Source of the DNA: a virus | Length of the DNA stretch: 64,000 nt | Strand: one strand, 5' to 3' | Virus record (IMG/VR): IMGVR_UViG_3300031688_000003 | Coordinates: 55,272-119,271 of that record | Position numbers and translations under genes: made by a program | Shown: in pieces, positions 10,201-19,512 of the stretch | Numbering within the stretch: the stretch's first letter is position 1 | Layout of the letters: each line of letters begins with the position of its first letter | The notes under the pieces: model-generated | Database searches by the model: none | What the model was told of the DNA's origin: nothing | Seen by the model: only the letters and a program-made list of their open reading frames with translations

Positions 10201-12261
10201 TCACAGCTAGGTATACTTAAGGATTATATGAAAACTAATTATACTAATAAGTTGATTAATCCTAACTTTGCCCCAAAAGTATTTCCAACTAACTATACTC
10301 AATTTCCAGGAGTTCCAGGGTTAAAATATGGAGGCTCTTTACCTAAAGCACAAATACAAAATGGTGCACATGATGTAGCAGCTAATTATCAAGTAAATCC
10401 TGCACAGTTTGATTATGATACAAATATGCCTAAGGAAGGAGCAATTAGTGCATATGGAGATGTATGGCAAGGAGGACAATGGGTAGATGCTACTGTAGAA
10501 GAACAAGGTTTTAATACTCCTAATTCAGAACAGTTTGGAAATGTAAAAACTGCATTCTCAGATGAGACAGGTGTTACAAACCGTAATGCAAATTATGATC
10601 CAGATAGAGCATATCCTTTTTCAGCAAATGCAATAAACAAAGATATAAAATCTGCAGCAGCTAATAGCTTTGATGTAAGAAGAAAAGACATAGATATGAA
10701 TACTTATAAACCTGAAGATGGTTCTATAAATAAATCATATGGTGATATATATAATTCTGAGAGTGGAAACTTTGATGATAATCAATTTACACCAATGTTT
10801 GATCAAACAGATGATTTTGCATTTGAAGGAGATAATAATACATTAAGTAGAAGACAACTTAGAGATGTACGTCAAGATAATAGAAGACAAGCTAGAGCTG
10901 AAGATAAAGGCTTTGGATCTTATGAAGATATGCAAACTGATAAGAGTGAAAGAAAAGCAGAGAAAAGACAAAGGAGAAAAGATAAAAGAGATAGATGGGG
11001 TGAAACACCAGGGGCAAGGATGACTAATAAAGTGAATTATGCATTAGATAGTAATCTAGGTCAACTATTTCAAAAAGGATCTAAAGCTGCAGTAGAAGGA
11101 GCAAAAATTATAAATAATCAGTTTGATGGTTATAATGAAGATATGGAATCAGAAAAAGTTTTTGCTGGTAGATCAGCAGGATCTATGTATGGAGTAACAA
11201 GTTCTGATGCATTATCAAGAGGTGAACATGATAAAAACACTGGTATTTTCCAACCAGATGATAAAGTAATTTCAAGATGGGGTAAGTATGGTACTGAACT
11301 ACCTAGAGCACAAGGTCAAATGGAAACTGCTAGTATATATGATATACCAAATAAGGATGGTTCTTATAATGATCAAAATTGGTTTACAAAAGCTAATCAT
11401 GGATTTAGTGAGGGGGTGTATAATGATGCACAAAGAACAAATCATGGGGTGGCACCAATTGTAGGTGGTGGTATAATAGGTAAGATGGCAGACGTAAAAA
11501 GCATATATGATTTTGGTAAGAGTGCATATGATGGTGTAAGTAATTGGATAAATGAAGAAGAGGTAGATGAAATTGCTGGAACACCTGAAGGATATGCTAT
11601 GGATATGGCTAAGTATGGAGGTCACCTGAAAGCACAAAATCAAAAGGAAACTGGACTAAAAGAATTTTGTGTTAATGGACCAATAATTGATTCAGGAGGT
11701 AGAGTTTTTTCTCAATGTCAAAATAGAGATTTTGATTCTAAGCATGACTTAAGTTTATATGGAACAATGTCAATGGGTAAATTAAATGATGAATTTACAT
11801 CATCATTTGGATTAGCTCCAGGATATACTTTCAATCCTAGTGGAGGAACAAATGGTCTTAAAACATACGTTGGTGGAAACTATGGTTTACGTGCTACTGA
11901 AGATTCTAGTGTAGATGATGGATTGAATGGAACTACTGTGGATATGGATAATTATATGAAACTCTTGGCTTCAGTAGGATATACTGGAGAAGTAGGTGGT
12001 AACAATACTCAATATGGGTTTGGTGCTTATGCTGATAAAGATCTAATGGGTGATAATGGTACTACTTATGGTGGCTATGCTAATGTTGGACCTGTTACTT
12101 TTAAGGGAGGAATCAATCCAAACACAGGTCCACAATTTTCTTTAGGTATAGGGGCACATCTTAAACAAAGAGGTGGTGAACAAAAACAAAAAACAGTAAG
12201 TGTAAATTCAGATATGTATTACGAATTAATAGCTGCAGGAGCAGATATAGAAATTATATAA
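7297..12261 (+). CDS. Giant modular virion protein (1654 aa) with GG-linker motifs, N-terminal six-Cys module and C-terminal beta-barrel-like module
   Basis: Long ORF with an A-rich start context; motifs AYGGSLRKAQ, RDGGSLSKFQ, KYGGSLPKAQ, KYGTELPRAQ, KYGGHLKAQ; CGNC...C...GYC...C...CDMWEEGGP at the N-terminus. Confidence 0.7.
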   Translation: MAKEFPDNKTLEVYQQGGATQSVNSCPEAISDDMINIDNRERSIVRSNYSKSNTESKCGNCIFFDISNRIKKCADTKSDNKGYCWDQEFVCESQNICDMWEEGGPIKSNKDSYAQDESSNEFEQNKAEVEQIQTQKQMPVFNESQQQPMAPQQGAPPQAMPPQQQAPAPQEQMQPSFAYGGSLRKAQEQHETNPINPVTGLPFEDDMLAAKKERDLQAAKEREAILAQQGQDNNTDIYDEANPKEAGSSLKDKYKNWRTKRAIKKYQKSLIPEAPFMMYNSDPSQGVLGEIGNWMKSAKKDFTTNWDNNNKKSNYQQFKVSNPHDDVRFFDQDNPDAPLLNYGQKNSNDYNKFSTDRTSAFPELYQISSMDNEGNISYTGEKLLGDMVETEYMPDAVHIQHTEDGTGVTGAYIYTGMSDAGKKEYEFVPFDKENPTQISVGPSKQKRAEQEMADKNICINAGGEWDAGVCTYPDETTKKDNLQKKKNENFKKTPLNIEFDKDKQFGGTPTFAHMRDGGSLSKFQSQSEWTDEQLKTYLKLQNEMLVTGGVDGSKIDLSKKDTWPSVKFSVSDGTYNTMYPWLPDMSTKEGKSQMYNLHKTASDKFPDQTYMPGVYWGSDDEGGAYPYLNETVEGKEERARHTASLQRDFATLQEALAFAKKGGYNTEGLSVNGVPIQNVSNIGSSADDIDYGAEGNFNRRRLGINRSVGTDDLTGTVYDAAYKPYQEKLQKEYDNHYATKSGVDNWSMEKFMNEYDHSGYKQDWQEVTADNMEDAINYSGNQAFEGSMGGYGGGAIGYNSGNSEYIIGNDTLPNPQFQDHGRNKEMTTDMGYIPGLVGGMGGLKLGMNLAKYVGGFSVPYTQGALTFGNVANGMMATNGVVNTLPTAVNNFKEGDWEEGLMNTAFGLGEMTGFGNMGTNILPKTFNQVRGLNSTMPALNIKGQSKIMESLNANKNLRTFNANPLSKRPSQLGILKDYMKTNYTNKLINPNFAPKVFPTNYTQFPGVPGLKYGGSLPKAQIQNGAHDVAANYQVNPAQFDYDTNMPKEGAISAYGDVWQGGQWVDATVEEQGFNTPNSEQFGNVKTAFSDETGVTNRNANYDPDRAYPFSANAINKDIKSAAANSFDVRRKDIDMNTYKPEDGSINKSYGDIYNSESGNFDDNQFTPMFDQTDDFAFEGDNNTLSRRQLRDVRQDNRRQARAEDKGFGSYEDMQTDKSERKAEKRQRRKDKRDRWGETPGARMTNKVNYALDSNLGQLFQKGSKAAVEGAKIINNQFDGYNEDMESEKVFAGRSAGSMYGVTSSDALSRGEHDKNTGIFQPDDKVISRWGKYGTELPRAQGQMETASIYDIPNKDGSYNDQNWFTKANHGFSEGVYNDAQRTNHGVAPIVGGGIIGKMADVKSIYDFGKSAYDGVSNWINEEEVDEIAGTPEGYAMDMAKYGGHLKAQNQKETGLKEFCVNGPIIDSGGRVFSQCQNRDFDSKHDLSLYGTMSMGKLNDEFTSSFGLAPGYTFNPSGGTNGLKTYVGGNYGLRATEDSSVDDGLNGTTVDMDNYMKLLASVGYTGEVGGNNTQYGFGAYADKDLMGDNGTTYGGYANVGPVTFKGGINPNTGPQFSLGIGAHLKQRGGEQKQKTVSVNSDMYYELIAAGADIEII

Positions 12262-12263
12262 TT

Positions 12264-15200
12264 ATGAAAGTCAAAATAAATAAATTACCTGAAGGGTATA
12301 AAGTTAAAAATGGACAGATTGTAAAAGTCATGTCTATGGGTGGTGTTCCTTATAGTAATACTATAGGGCCTATTCCTGAACAGTTTGCTAATCTAGAAGC
12401 TGAAAAAGGTGAGACTGCACTTACTGATTTAACTAATGATGGAAACTATGAGCTATATAATATAGGTGGTAGAAGACATCAAGATGGTGGAACAAACTTA
12501 AGTTTACCACCTCAATCTTTTATCTTTTCTGATACAGCAAAGATGAAACTTAATAAGGCACAGCTACAAGACTTTGGTATCAACTCTACAAAGAAGATGT
12601 CACCTGCTGCAGTATCAAAGAAATTTCCATTAAATAGATATTACTCTATTCTTAATGATGAGTTTGTAGATGATATAGCAACAAGAAGTTCTGAACTAAT
12701 GTTAGATAAAAACAAAATGCAACTTTCACATTTAGCATTTGTATCAGAAAGTAAAAAGAAATTTGAAGACGGTGTACCATTAGCAGCATACCCATACTTA
12801 ATGTCTAAGGATATTGATCCACAAGAATTTGTTCAGAAAGTAAATAAGCTAAATGAGGAACAAGCTCAAATGCAAATGATTGATCAATTACCACCAGAAC
12901 AACAACAAGAGTTCTTAGCATTACAAGATTTTACAGGAGGACAAGGAGGTCCCCCACAGGGAGGACCACAAGGAGGAATGCCCCCAATGGGACCACCACA
13001 AGGAGGAGGTATGCCACCACAAGGTATGATGCCACCTCAACAAATGATGGCTAAATATGGTGGTGGTTTACCTAACTATCAAGAACTTGGAGCTTATGAT
13101 CAGCAACTAGTATGTTCTCAATGTGGTACACCTGAAGGAGAACCTCATAATATGAGACATATGTTTATGCCAATACCTATTGGTGATTATATTAACCAAA
13201 ATCCAAGAGCTACTCCTCCTGGAGCACCCCGAGGTACTATTACAACTGATGTAGCTTCTTATCCTCCTTTTGATGAGAATGGTAATTTTCAGAATGTAAA
13301 TAAATTAAAAAAAGCTGAATTATTAACACAGAAATATGGTGGAGGTTTACATAAGGCACAAATACAAGAAGAAATTCTATCAATACCACCTATACAAACA
13401 CAAACTGTACCAAACTATAGTAAAACATCTGGTCTTGATATTTCTATACCTGGGAACTTTATGAAAGATCAACACTACACAGGTAGTGAAGCTATGAAGA
13501 ACTGGCAAATAGAAAATGGATATGCATCTCAGTTTGATACATTTAATGTACCTGAAGGAAACGTGTTTTTTCAACAAGGTGGACCACCTGCAGCTCAACA
13601 ACCACAAGGAGGACAAGGTGGTGGAGGAGAGATTGAACAAATAATGCAAATGGTTGGACAAGCTATGGAACAAGGTGCTCAACCTGAAGAAGTTATAGCA
13701 GAATTATTACAGAATCAAATTCCACCAGAAGTAGTAATGCAAATTTTTGGTCAATTAGGAATGCCACCACAGCAAGTAGAACAAATGATAATGGCTGTTA
13801 TGCAACAAGTACAAGGAGGTCAGCAACAAATGGCTGCACCCCAAGGACCACCTCCAGGCCCACCACAGGGTGGAATGCCACCAGAAATGATGGCTGCTAT
13901 GCAACAAGGTCAAGGTCAAGGTCAACCACAAATGAAGTATGGTGGTTTATTTAAAAATCAATCTGAATCTCCTGAAGGTCCATCAATGCACTTACCTTCT
14001 CAAAGGTTAGAAGAAGTAGAAGATATATTCCCTTTTAATGCAGCAGATTTTGCTAGTGAGTATCCACAAATTAGCTATGGTAGAGATATTAATGAAGGAA
14101 TCAATCAAGGATCTTTAGTAGGAATAGCAGAAAGAGCTTTATCTGCTCAAAATGCTACTCCAGATCCTATGTATGATGGAAGATATAAAGATGACCCACA
14201 AGCAGATTATGCACAATCAGGTGGTGCATTAAATAGATTTGTATATGGAGGTGAAGAATATATAGATAGATACACTGACTATGACAATACACCTATGGGG
14301 TTACCTAAAGCACAAGTTGGTAGTGGAACCAAGTATGGTAATGATAACTATAATAATATGATGAATCTATATCAATCAGATGATTGGGATATGGTTAATG
14401 AATATGGTTATCAAACATATGAAAAAATGTATAGTTCAGGTAATTATGATATGGGATCTATGATGTCACAAGAAGAGTATGAAACACAATTTCTTGCTGA
14501 TCAGAAATTTAAATACCTAATGAATGATCCAGGAGCATTATCCGAGATGGAAATTACATTACCTAATGGTACAGTAGTTAAAGGTGATAAACTTTTAGGT
14601 CATAAAGCTTGGGATAATCCTAATTCACATGGTTTTACTATACCTAATGGAATGTATAAAGCAGTATATGAGGAGTTTTCTAAATTGAATCCAAATTTTG
14701 AGTTACCAGCTTTACCTGAAGATATAAGAGCAGATGTAAGACAAAAACAATCTGTGTTCAATAGTCTAGGTGGTTTATCTAAACATGCTGAGAAAATGTC
14801 TGCAGATGGAGATGATAGCTGGTCTAATTTAATTTCCAATGTTAATCTAGAAGCATTTGGTAATGATGATGATGGTGGGTTAGGTGAAGATAGATGGTCT
14901 AAAATTGATGGTAGATATGGTGATACATATAATAGACAGTTAGTTACTATGAATAATGAACCAGGAGAAGAATCAACAAGAGATGTATCTACATGCTTTA
15001 ATGATAAAGAAGGGAATCCAATTCAAGCTAAAGTAGCTGAACAACAGGCGTGTACAGAAAGAGGCGGTAATTATGATGTACAAGTTTGTAGATGTATAGA
15101 AAAAACAGAAATTATAACTAAACCTCCAGAAACACCTGAGTTCTGGAAACAAGATATAATGAAGTTAGATGCATTATCAGGCATAGATATAAATAAATAC

Positions 15201-15989
15201 TATCCAAGTAGACAAAGTTTTACTGGTAACTTTATGGATCCAGCATATAAAGATCCAACTAGAGAGATTGCAGCTATTGGTGAACAAGCACAGATTGCAG
15301 GAGATATGGCAGCATCAATGTCAAGTGGTCCTGGTTTATCATCTATTCTTGCTAAGATTCAAGGAACAGCTGGTGCACAAATTGCTGGTGCTCTTGATAA
15401 AGTTCAAAATGATAACATTAGTATTTACAACGGTGCAGAACAATTTAATGCTGGTGTACAGACTAATACAGATGTGCTTAACCAAGATGCTGGTAAAACT
15501 TTTATGGATGCAGTTAACTTAGTAGATCAAAACTATGATAATGCAAGAAATGAATTAGATGTTCAGATAGCTGATATGCAAGCTAATGCTTGGACTAACA
15601 TGGCTAATACAGCTAATCTAAATAGTTTGACACCTGATTTAAAAGTTAGCCCAGCAAATGCAGGATTAATTAATGCTAATACTAGTAAGGCTTTAAATGC
15701 TAATGTTCCAGTAGATGCTCAATCTAGTATGGATAAAAGATTAGCATTAGAGAAACAATACTATGATGCAAATTGTGGTAATATAAGTGATGATAAAGAA
15801 AAGGCTGCATGTAAGTTGGCAGCATCAAAAGCTGCTGATAAAACTATGAAGGCTTCTAATACAACAACACCACCTGCTACAGTAGTACCACCAGGTTATC
15901 AAGGTGAAGCTGGTAATACACTTAAAGAAACCAAATATGGTAGCGAATTGAGAAGAGAGTTGATGATGAGAAGAGGAGGACAATGGTAG
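12264..15989 (+). CDS. Modular virion/cargo protein (1241 aa) with GG-linker motifs and Q/M/P/G-rich disordered tracts
   Basis: Long ORF starting 2 nt after the previous stop; KYGGGLPNYQ, KYGGGLHKAQ, KYGGLFKNQ, MGLPKAQ motifs; N-terminal EAEKGE...GGRRHQDGG...SFIFSD segment of a kind I recall from Bacteroidota phage internal proteins. Confidence 0.7.
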   Translation: MKVKINKLPEGYKVKNGQIVKVMSMGGVPYSNTIGPIPEQFANLEAEKGETALTDLTNDGNYELYNIGGRRHQDGGTNLSLPPQSFIFSDTAKMKLNKAQLQDFGINSTKKMSPAAVSKKFPLNRYYSILNDEFVDDIATRSSELMLDKNKMQLSHLAFVSESKKKFEDGVPLAAYPYLMSKDIDPQEFVQKVNKLNEEQAQMQMIDQLPPEQQQEFLALQDFTGGQGGPPQGGPQGGMPPMGPPQGGGMPPQGMMPPQQMMAKYGGGLPNYQELGAYDQQLVCSQCGTPEGEPHNMRHMFMPIPIGDYINQNPRATPPGAPRGTITTDVASYPPFDENGNFQNVNKLKKAELLTQKYGGGLHKAQIQEEILSIPPIQTQTVPNYSKTSGLDISIPGNFMKDQHYTGSEAMKNWQIENGYASQFDTFNVPEGNVFFQQGGPPAAQQPQGGQGGGGEIEQIMQMVGQAMEQGAQPEEVIAELLQNQIPPEVVMQIFGQLGMPPQQVEQMIMAVMQQVQGGQQQMAAPQGPPPGPPQGGMPPEMMAAMQQGQGQGQPQMKYGGLFKNQSESPEGPSMHLPSQRLEEVEDIFPFNAADFASEYPQISYGRDINEGINQGSLVGIAERALSAQNATPDPMYDGRYKDDPQADYAQSGGALNRFVYGGEEYIDRYTDYDNTPMGLPKAQVGSGTKYGNDNYNNMMNLYQSDDWDMVNEYGYQTYEKMYSSGNYDMGSMMSQEEYETQFLADQKFKYLMNDPGALSEMEITLPNGTVVKGDKLLGHKAWDNPNSHGFTIPNGMYKAVYEEFSKLNPNFELPALPEDIRADVRQKQSVFNSLGGLSKHAEKMSADGDDSWSNLISNVNLEAFGNDDDGGLGEDRWSKIDGRYGDTYNRQLVTMNNEPGEESTRDVSTCFNDKEGNPIQAKVAEQQACTERGGNYDVQVCRCIEKTEIITKPPETPEFWKQDIMKLDALSGIDINKYYPSRQSFTGNFMDPAYKDPTREIAAIGEQAQIAGDMAASMSSGPGLSSILAKIQGTAGAQIAGALDKVQNDNISIYNGAEQFNAGVQTNTDVLNQDAGKTFMDAVNLVDQNYDNARNELDVQIADMQANAWTNMANTANLNSLTPDLKVSPANAGLINANTSKALNANVPVDAQSSMDKRLALEKQYYDANCGNISDDKEKAACKLAASKAADKTMKASNTTTPPATVVPPGYQGEAGNTLKETKYGSELRRELMMRRGGQW

Positions 15990-16034
15990 TAAACATGAAA
16001 GGTTTACCCAATATATTTTATAAAGTTAATAAAT

Positions 16035-16048
16035 TTTAGTATTTTTGT
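16035..16048 (+). promoter_or_regulatory. Putative promoter (TTTAGTATTTTTGT, contains TAnnTTTG) for the ejection protein/RNAP operon
   Basis: Intergenic variant of the same motif, just after a small GTAAAC/GTTTAC hairpin. Confidence 0.45.
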
Positions 16049-16051
16049 AAC

Positions 16052-19000
16052 ATGGCAACATACATTCCAGGCGTAGAAGATAAAATTCCACAAAGTCAAC
16101 CCTTTGTGCCAGATTATAAATTCCTATCAGATGTCTTACACACAAGACAGGATAGGTTTGATAAGAACTATAAACAATTAAATGATGTTTATGGTAAAGT
16201 GGTATATGCAGATCTAACAAGAAATGATAACAAATATGTTAGAGATCAATATGCAGAACAACTTGCACCACAAATAAAACAAATTTCTGGATTAGATCTT
16301 TCTCTTCAAGAAAATGTTGATGCAGCATATGGTTTATTTAAACCATTCTATGAAGACAAACAGGTTATTAAAGATTTAACTGCTACCGCAACTCTAAAGC
16401 AACAAAGAAAAAAGATGAGTTCTTTTAAAGATAGTTCTATAAGAGAAGTTAGAGAAAAGTACTGGGACTATGGAAGACAAGGATTAGATATTTGGCAAGA
16501 AGATTTTAAAAATGCTGATCCTCAAAAAGCTTTAGGTATGGGTTTACCTCAATACATTGAGGATGTTGACTTAGTTGAACAAGCAATGATATTGTTAGAT
16601 AACTCTGAGTTAGGAGATACAACAAGTGATGTAGATGTATCACAAGATAATAAATGGTTAATTACTCTAAAGAGTGGTTCATTAATTACTGCAGCTCCAA
16701 CAGGTAGAATGATTGAAGTTAAAGATAGTAAGGGTAAAGTAATAATGGTTCCTGAAACTGAGAACCTAGCTCTTAATCATGTAAAGGATAGATTAATGGA
16801 TGATCCTAAGGTTCAAGCTGCTTATCACTTAAGAAACTTTGTTGACATGAGAAATTATGTTAAGGAAAAGTCTGAAGAGTTAGGAGGTGACGATGCTGCT
16901 AAAAAAGCATGGGCAACTGAAACTATGGAAAAATATAAAACAAGATCTGAAGAAGATATTTCAAACCTAAGTAAAGTTAAAGAAACTAAAAAAATTGAAG
17001 TTAGTAGTTGGGAAGCATATGCTAATAAGATAGGTATTGAACCTGGATCTGAAAATGATGTTAGCTTTCTAAATTCAATGGATGAATTAGAATTAATAAA
17101 TAAAGTTATAACTTCTCAAACTCAAAGGTTACAAGATGCTACAGCACCTACTGATGATATTAAGAACTTACTTAATAAAGCTTATAGTCTAGCTATGGGT
17201 ACTCAAATGGGTGATGATATGCTCACTTCTGCTTCTGCATATGCAAAAAAAACTCAGACCCGTGAGATAGAACCCAATCCTAATTACACAGCATGGGTTG
17301 AGCATCAATATGCAATGGCAAGGATTAAATATAAAGAGGCATCTGATGCTGCTAAGGAAGAAAAGGAAAGCGTTTCTCAACCAATACAAGTACCTATATA
17401 TAGATATAAAGCTGGAGACAAGTCTACAACAGGTAAGAATACAACTTCTGATCCTGACCAAAATCTTTTAGAAACAATAATCAATGGTGACGATGCTACC
17501 TCTGATGCAATAGCATATAATAATGAAACAACAACAAATGATATAAACTATAATGTAACTGAGCAAAAAAGAATTCTTAAGCAGGTATATTTAGCAAATG
17601 CTCAAGATTTAAATCTTGATCCTTCTAAATTTACACCAATATTCTCTCCTGATTTAATGGTGGGAACTGGAAAATTAGAAATAGGAGAAATATATTATCC
17701 AGATGAGGTAACTCTAGACAATGGTATGGTAAACAAGGGTATACCACAAGAATATGGAACTGGTGTTATAGGAGAAATGAAAATGTTGCAAGAAAAGATT
17801 GTAGAAGAAAATAAACCTATAGCTCAAAGATTAGTTAATTATCCAAAGTCTACATCAATGACATGGAATGAGTTTAATGATATTGAAGATTCAGATCAAA
17901 TACATGACATGTATATGAACATGCTTAATTTTATAGATAATGCTGATAATTACTTACCTTCTTACATGACATTAGATACAAAAACTAAATCAGATATTGC
18001 ATATAGTATATATAACCTAAGAGGTAATATGTCTATGTTTAATGAAGGTGTTGATAAGATGGCAGCTAATTACATGCAGGTTCAACAACATTTAGTAGGA
18101 ACAGATGAGGACTTTAAATATGCTGCACAAGATGGAGGTTCTATTTTTAATAATGATGGTATACTTATAGATAGAGAAGAATGGAAAAAAAGATATGTAG
18201 ATAAATGGACTAAAATATCAAATGCAGAAATTAGGTCAAACATGACTCAACAGAATTTTCAAGGTGAGCAATTTCTACCTCCTAACATGTTAGACAATAC
18301 ACCTGATGATATTTTGCAGGCTATTAACAAAACTAAGGGTGATGGAACAAACACTCTTCCTGCAGCAGATGCAGACCTTAACCAAATGCAGATTATAAAT
18401 GAAGAAGAGAATCAGATAAATGTTCCATGGTCTCTTACTAGTGGAAAATATTGGCAAGCAAATATGATGGGTACTGAAATGCCAGGTGGAAATGGAATAC
18501 AAGAATACCACATTACTACACCCCAACCAAGATTTGATCAGATTCAAAACGATGCAGATTTATATTATGATTATATGTATGCTGAAATAAATAAAAAAAT
18601 GACAAAAGATGGTGAAAATGCTGCTGAGTTTGGATTTAACTTAAGTGCACAGTTAAATGGTCAACCTGAAACTATAGGTGGAGATTTGTTTCAATCTGGA
18701 GAACATCAGTTTAAGTTTGATGAAAATGCATCTACTGAAGTAAATGCTCCATCAGTAGACTTTGCAAATCAAGTACTAGAAATCTTAGATGGTGATCCAT
18801 CAAGCTTTAGCGTATATGCAGGAGGTAATATAATACTAGAGAAGGGAGAAATACTAGGTGTTCAAAATCCTGAGATGATGAATGTTATCCAACAATGGTA
18901 TTATTCAATGGGAGATAACTACGGTAATAATAAAGCAGACGGAGGTGGTGCACCAAAAGCAGATGGTTTAGACTTCTCCATTTCTTATGCTAAGAATAGA

Positions 19001-19510
19001 GGTGGTTCTGATGCTGATGTTGCTGGATATGAAATACACATTGGTACTGACTGGGCTAACTCAAGTGTATTAGGAAGATATGATAAAGAAACAGATGACT
19101 ATATAACTGGAATGGTAACTGAGGATAAGAGTAAAGCATTTTTAACAGATAATGTAATTACAATTCTATTTGACAAAGCACTTGATAATAATAAATATAA
19201 AACTGGTGATAAAGAAACACAGTGGGTAATGAATGAATTAAGTAACAATGATGGACGTATTGTTAGAAATGTACCAGGTGCAGGAACTATAACAATATTT
19301 AGTACAGGTGATGGTAGATATATGTATAGTGAACAATTAATCCAATATGAAGGTAATAAGAAAATACCATTTGCTGGACAACAAATAGAAATACCTGCTT
19401 CTCAAATAGCAAATGTTCTTGCTACCCAACAACAAAGATTAACCGAAATGGGTACAGCAAATATGGAACAGCTTAAAGCATATAACATATCTAATAAAAT
19501 TATACAATAG
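16052..19510 (+). CDS. Putative ejection/internal virion protein (1152 aa)
   Basis: Long, mostly helical, Cys-free ORF directly upstream of the virion RNAP, the usual position of crAss-like cargo genes; function inferred from synteny only. Confidence 0.55.
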   Translation: MATYIPGVEDKIPQSQPFVPDYKFLSDVLHTRQDRFDKNYKQLNDVYGKVVYADLTRNDNKYVRDQYAEQLAPQIKQISGLDLSLQENVDAAYGLFKPFYEDKQVIKDLTATATLKQQRKKMSSFKDSSIREVREKYWDYGRQGLDIWQEDFKNADPQKALGMGLPQYIEDVDLVEQAMILLDNSELGDTTSDVDVSQDNKWLITLKSGSLITAAPTGRMIEVKDSKGKVIMVPETENLALNHVKDRLMDDPKVQAAYHLRNFVDMRNYVKEKSEELGGDDAAKKAWATETMEKYKTRSEEDISNLSKVKETKKIEVSSWEAYANKIGIEPGSENDVSFLNSMDELELINKVITSQTQRLQDATAPTDDIKNLLNKAYSLAMGTQMGDDMLTSASAYAKKTQTREIEPNPNYTAWVEHQYAMARIKYKEASDAAKEEKESVSQPIQVPIYRYKAGDKSTTGKNTTSDPDQNLLETIINGDDATSDAIAYNNETTTNDINYNVTEQKRILKQVYLANAQDLNLDPSKFTPIFSPDLMVGTGKLEIGEIYYPDEVTLDNGMVNKGIPQEYGTGVIGEMKMLQEKIVEENKPIAQRLVNYPKSTSMTWNEFNDIEDSDQIHDMYMNMLNFIDNADNYLPSYMTLDTKTKSDIAYSIYNLRGNMSMFNEGVDKMAANYMQVQQHLVGTDEDFKYAAQDGGSIFNNDGILIDREEWKKRYVDKWTKISNAEIRSNMTQQNFQGEQFLPPNMLDNTPDDILQAINKTKGDGTNTLPAADADLNQMQIINEEENQINVPWSLTSGKYWQANMMGTEMPGGNGIQEYHITTPQPRFDQIQNDADLYYDYMYAEINKKMTKDGENAAEFGFNLSAQLNGQPETIGGDLFQSGEHQFKFDENASTEVNAPSVDFANQVLEILDGDPSSFSVYAGGNIILEKGEILGVQNPEMMNVIQQWYYSMGDNYGNNKADGGGAPKADGLDFSISYAKNRGGSDADVAGYEIHIGTDWANSSVLGRYDKETDDYITGMVTEDKSKAFLTDNVITILFDKALDNNKYKTGDKETQWVMNELSNNDGRIVRNVPGAGTITIFSTGDGRYMYSEQLIQYEGNKKIPFAGQQIEIPASQIANVLATQQQRLTEMGTANMEQLKAYNISNKIIQ

Positions 19511-19512
19511 GA

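Larger units (their letters stand above)
1152..15950 (+). repeat. Dispersed protein-level repeat [KR]-x-G-G-[SG]-L-x-K-A-Q (about 15 copies in ORFs 1-3)
   Basis: Copies at 1152, 2511, 3312, 4338, 5346, 6528, 7828, 8836, 10324, 11284, 11611, 13053, 13332, 13935 and about 14295; codons differ at synonymous positions. Confidence 0.9.

Noticed and set aside
1152-15950. GG-motif repeats as a CRISPR array, DGR target or DNA-level repeat
   Set aside because: Spacing is hundreds to thousands of nt and irregular, the copies are in frame and vary at synonymous positions, and no cas or reverse transcriptase gene is present
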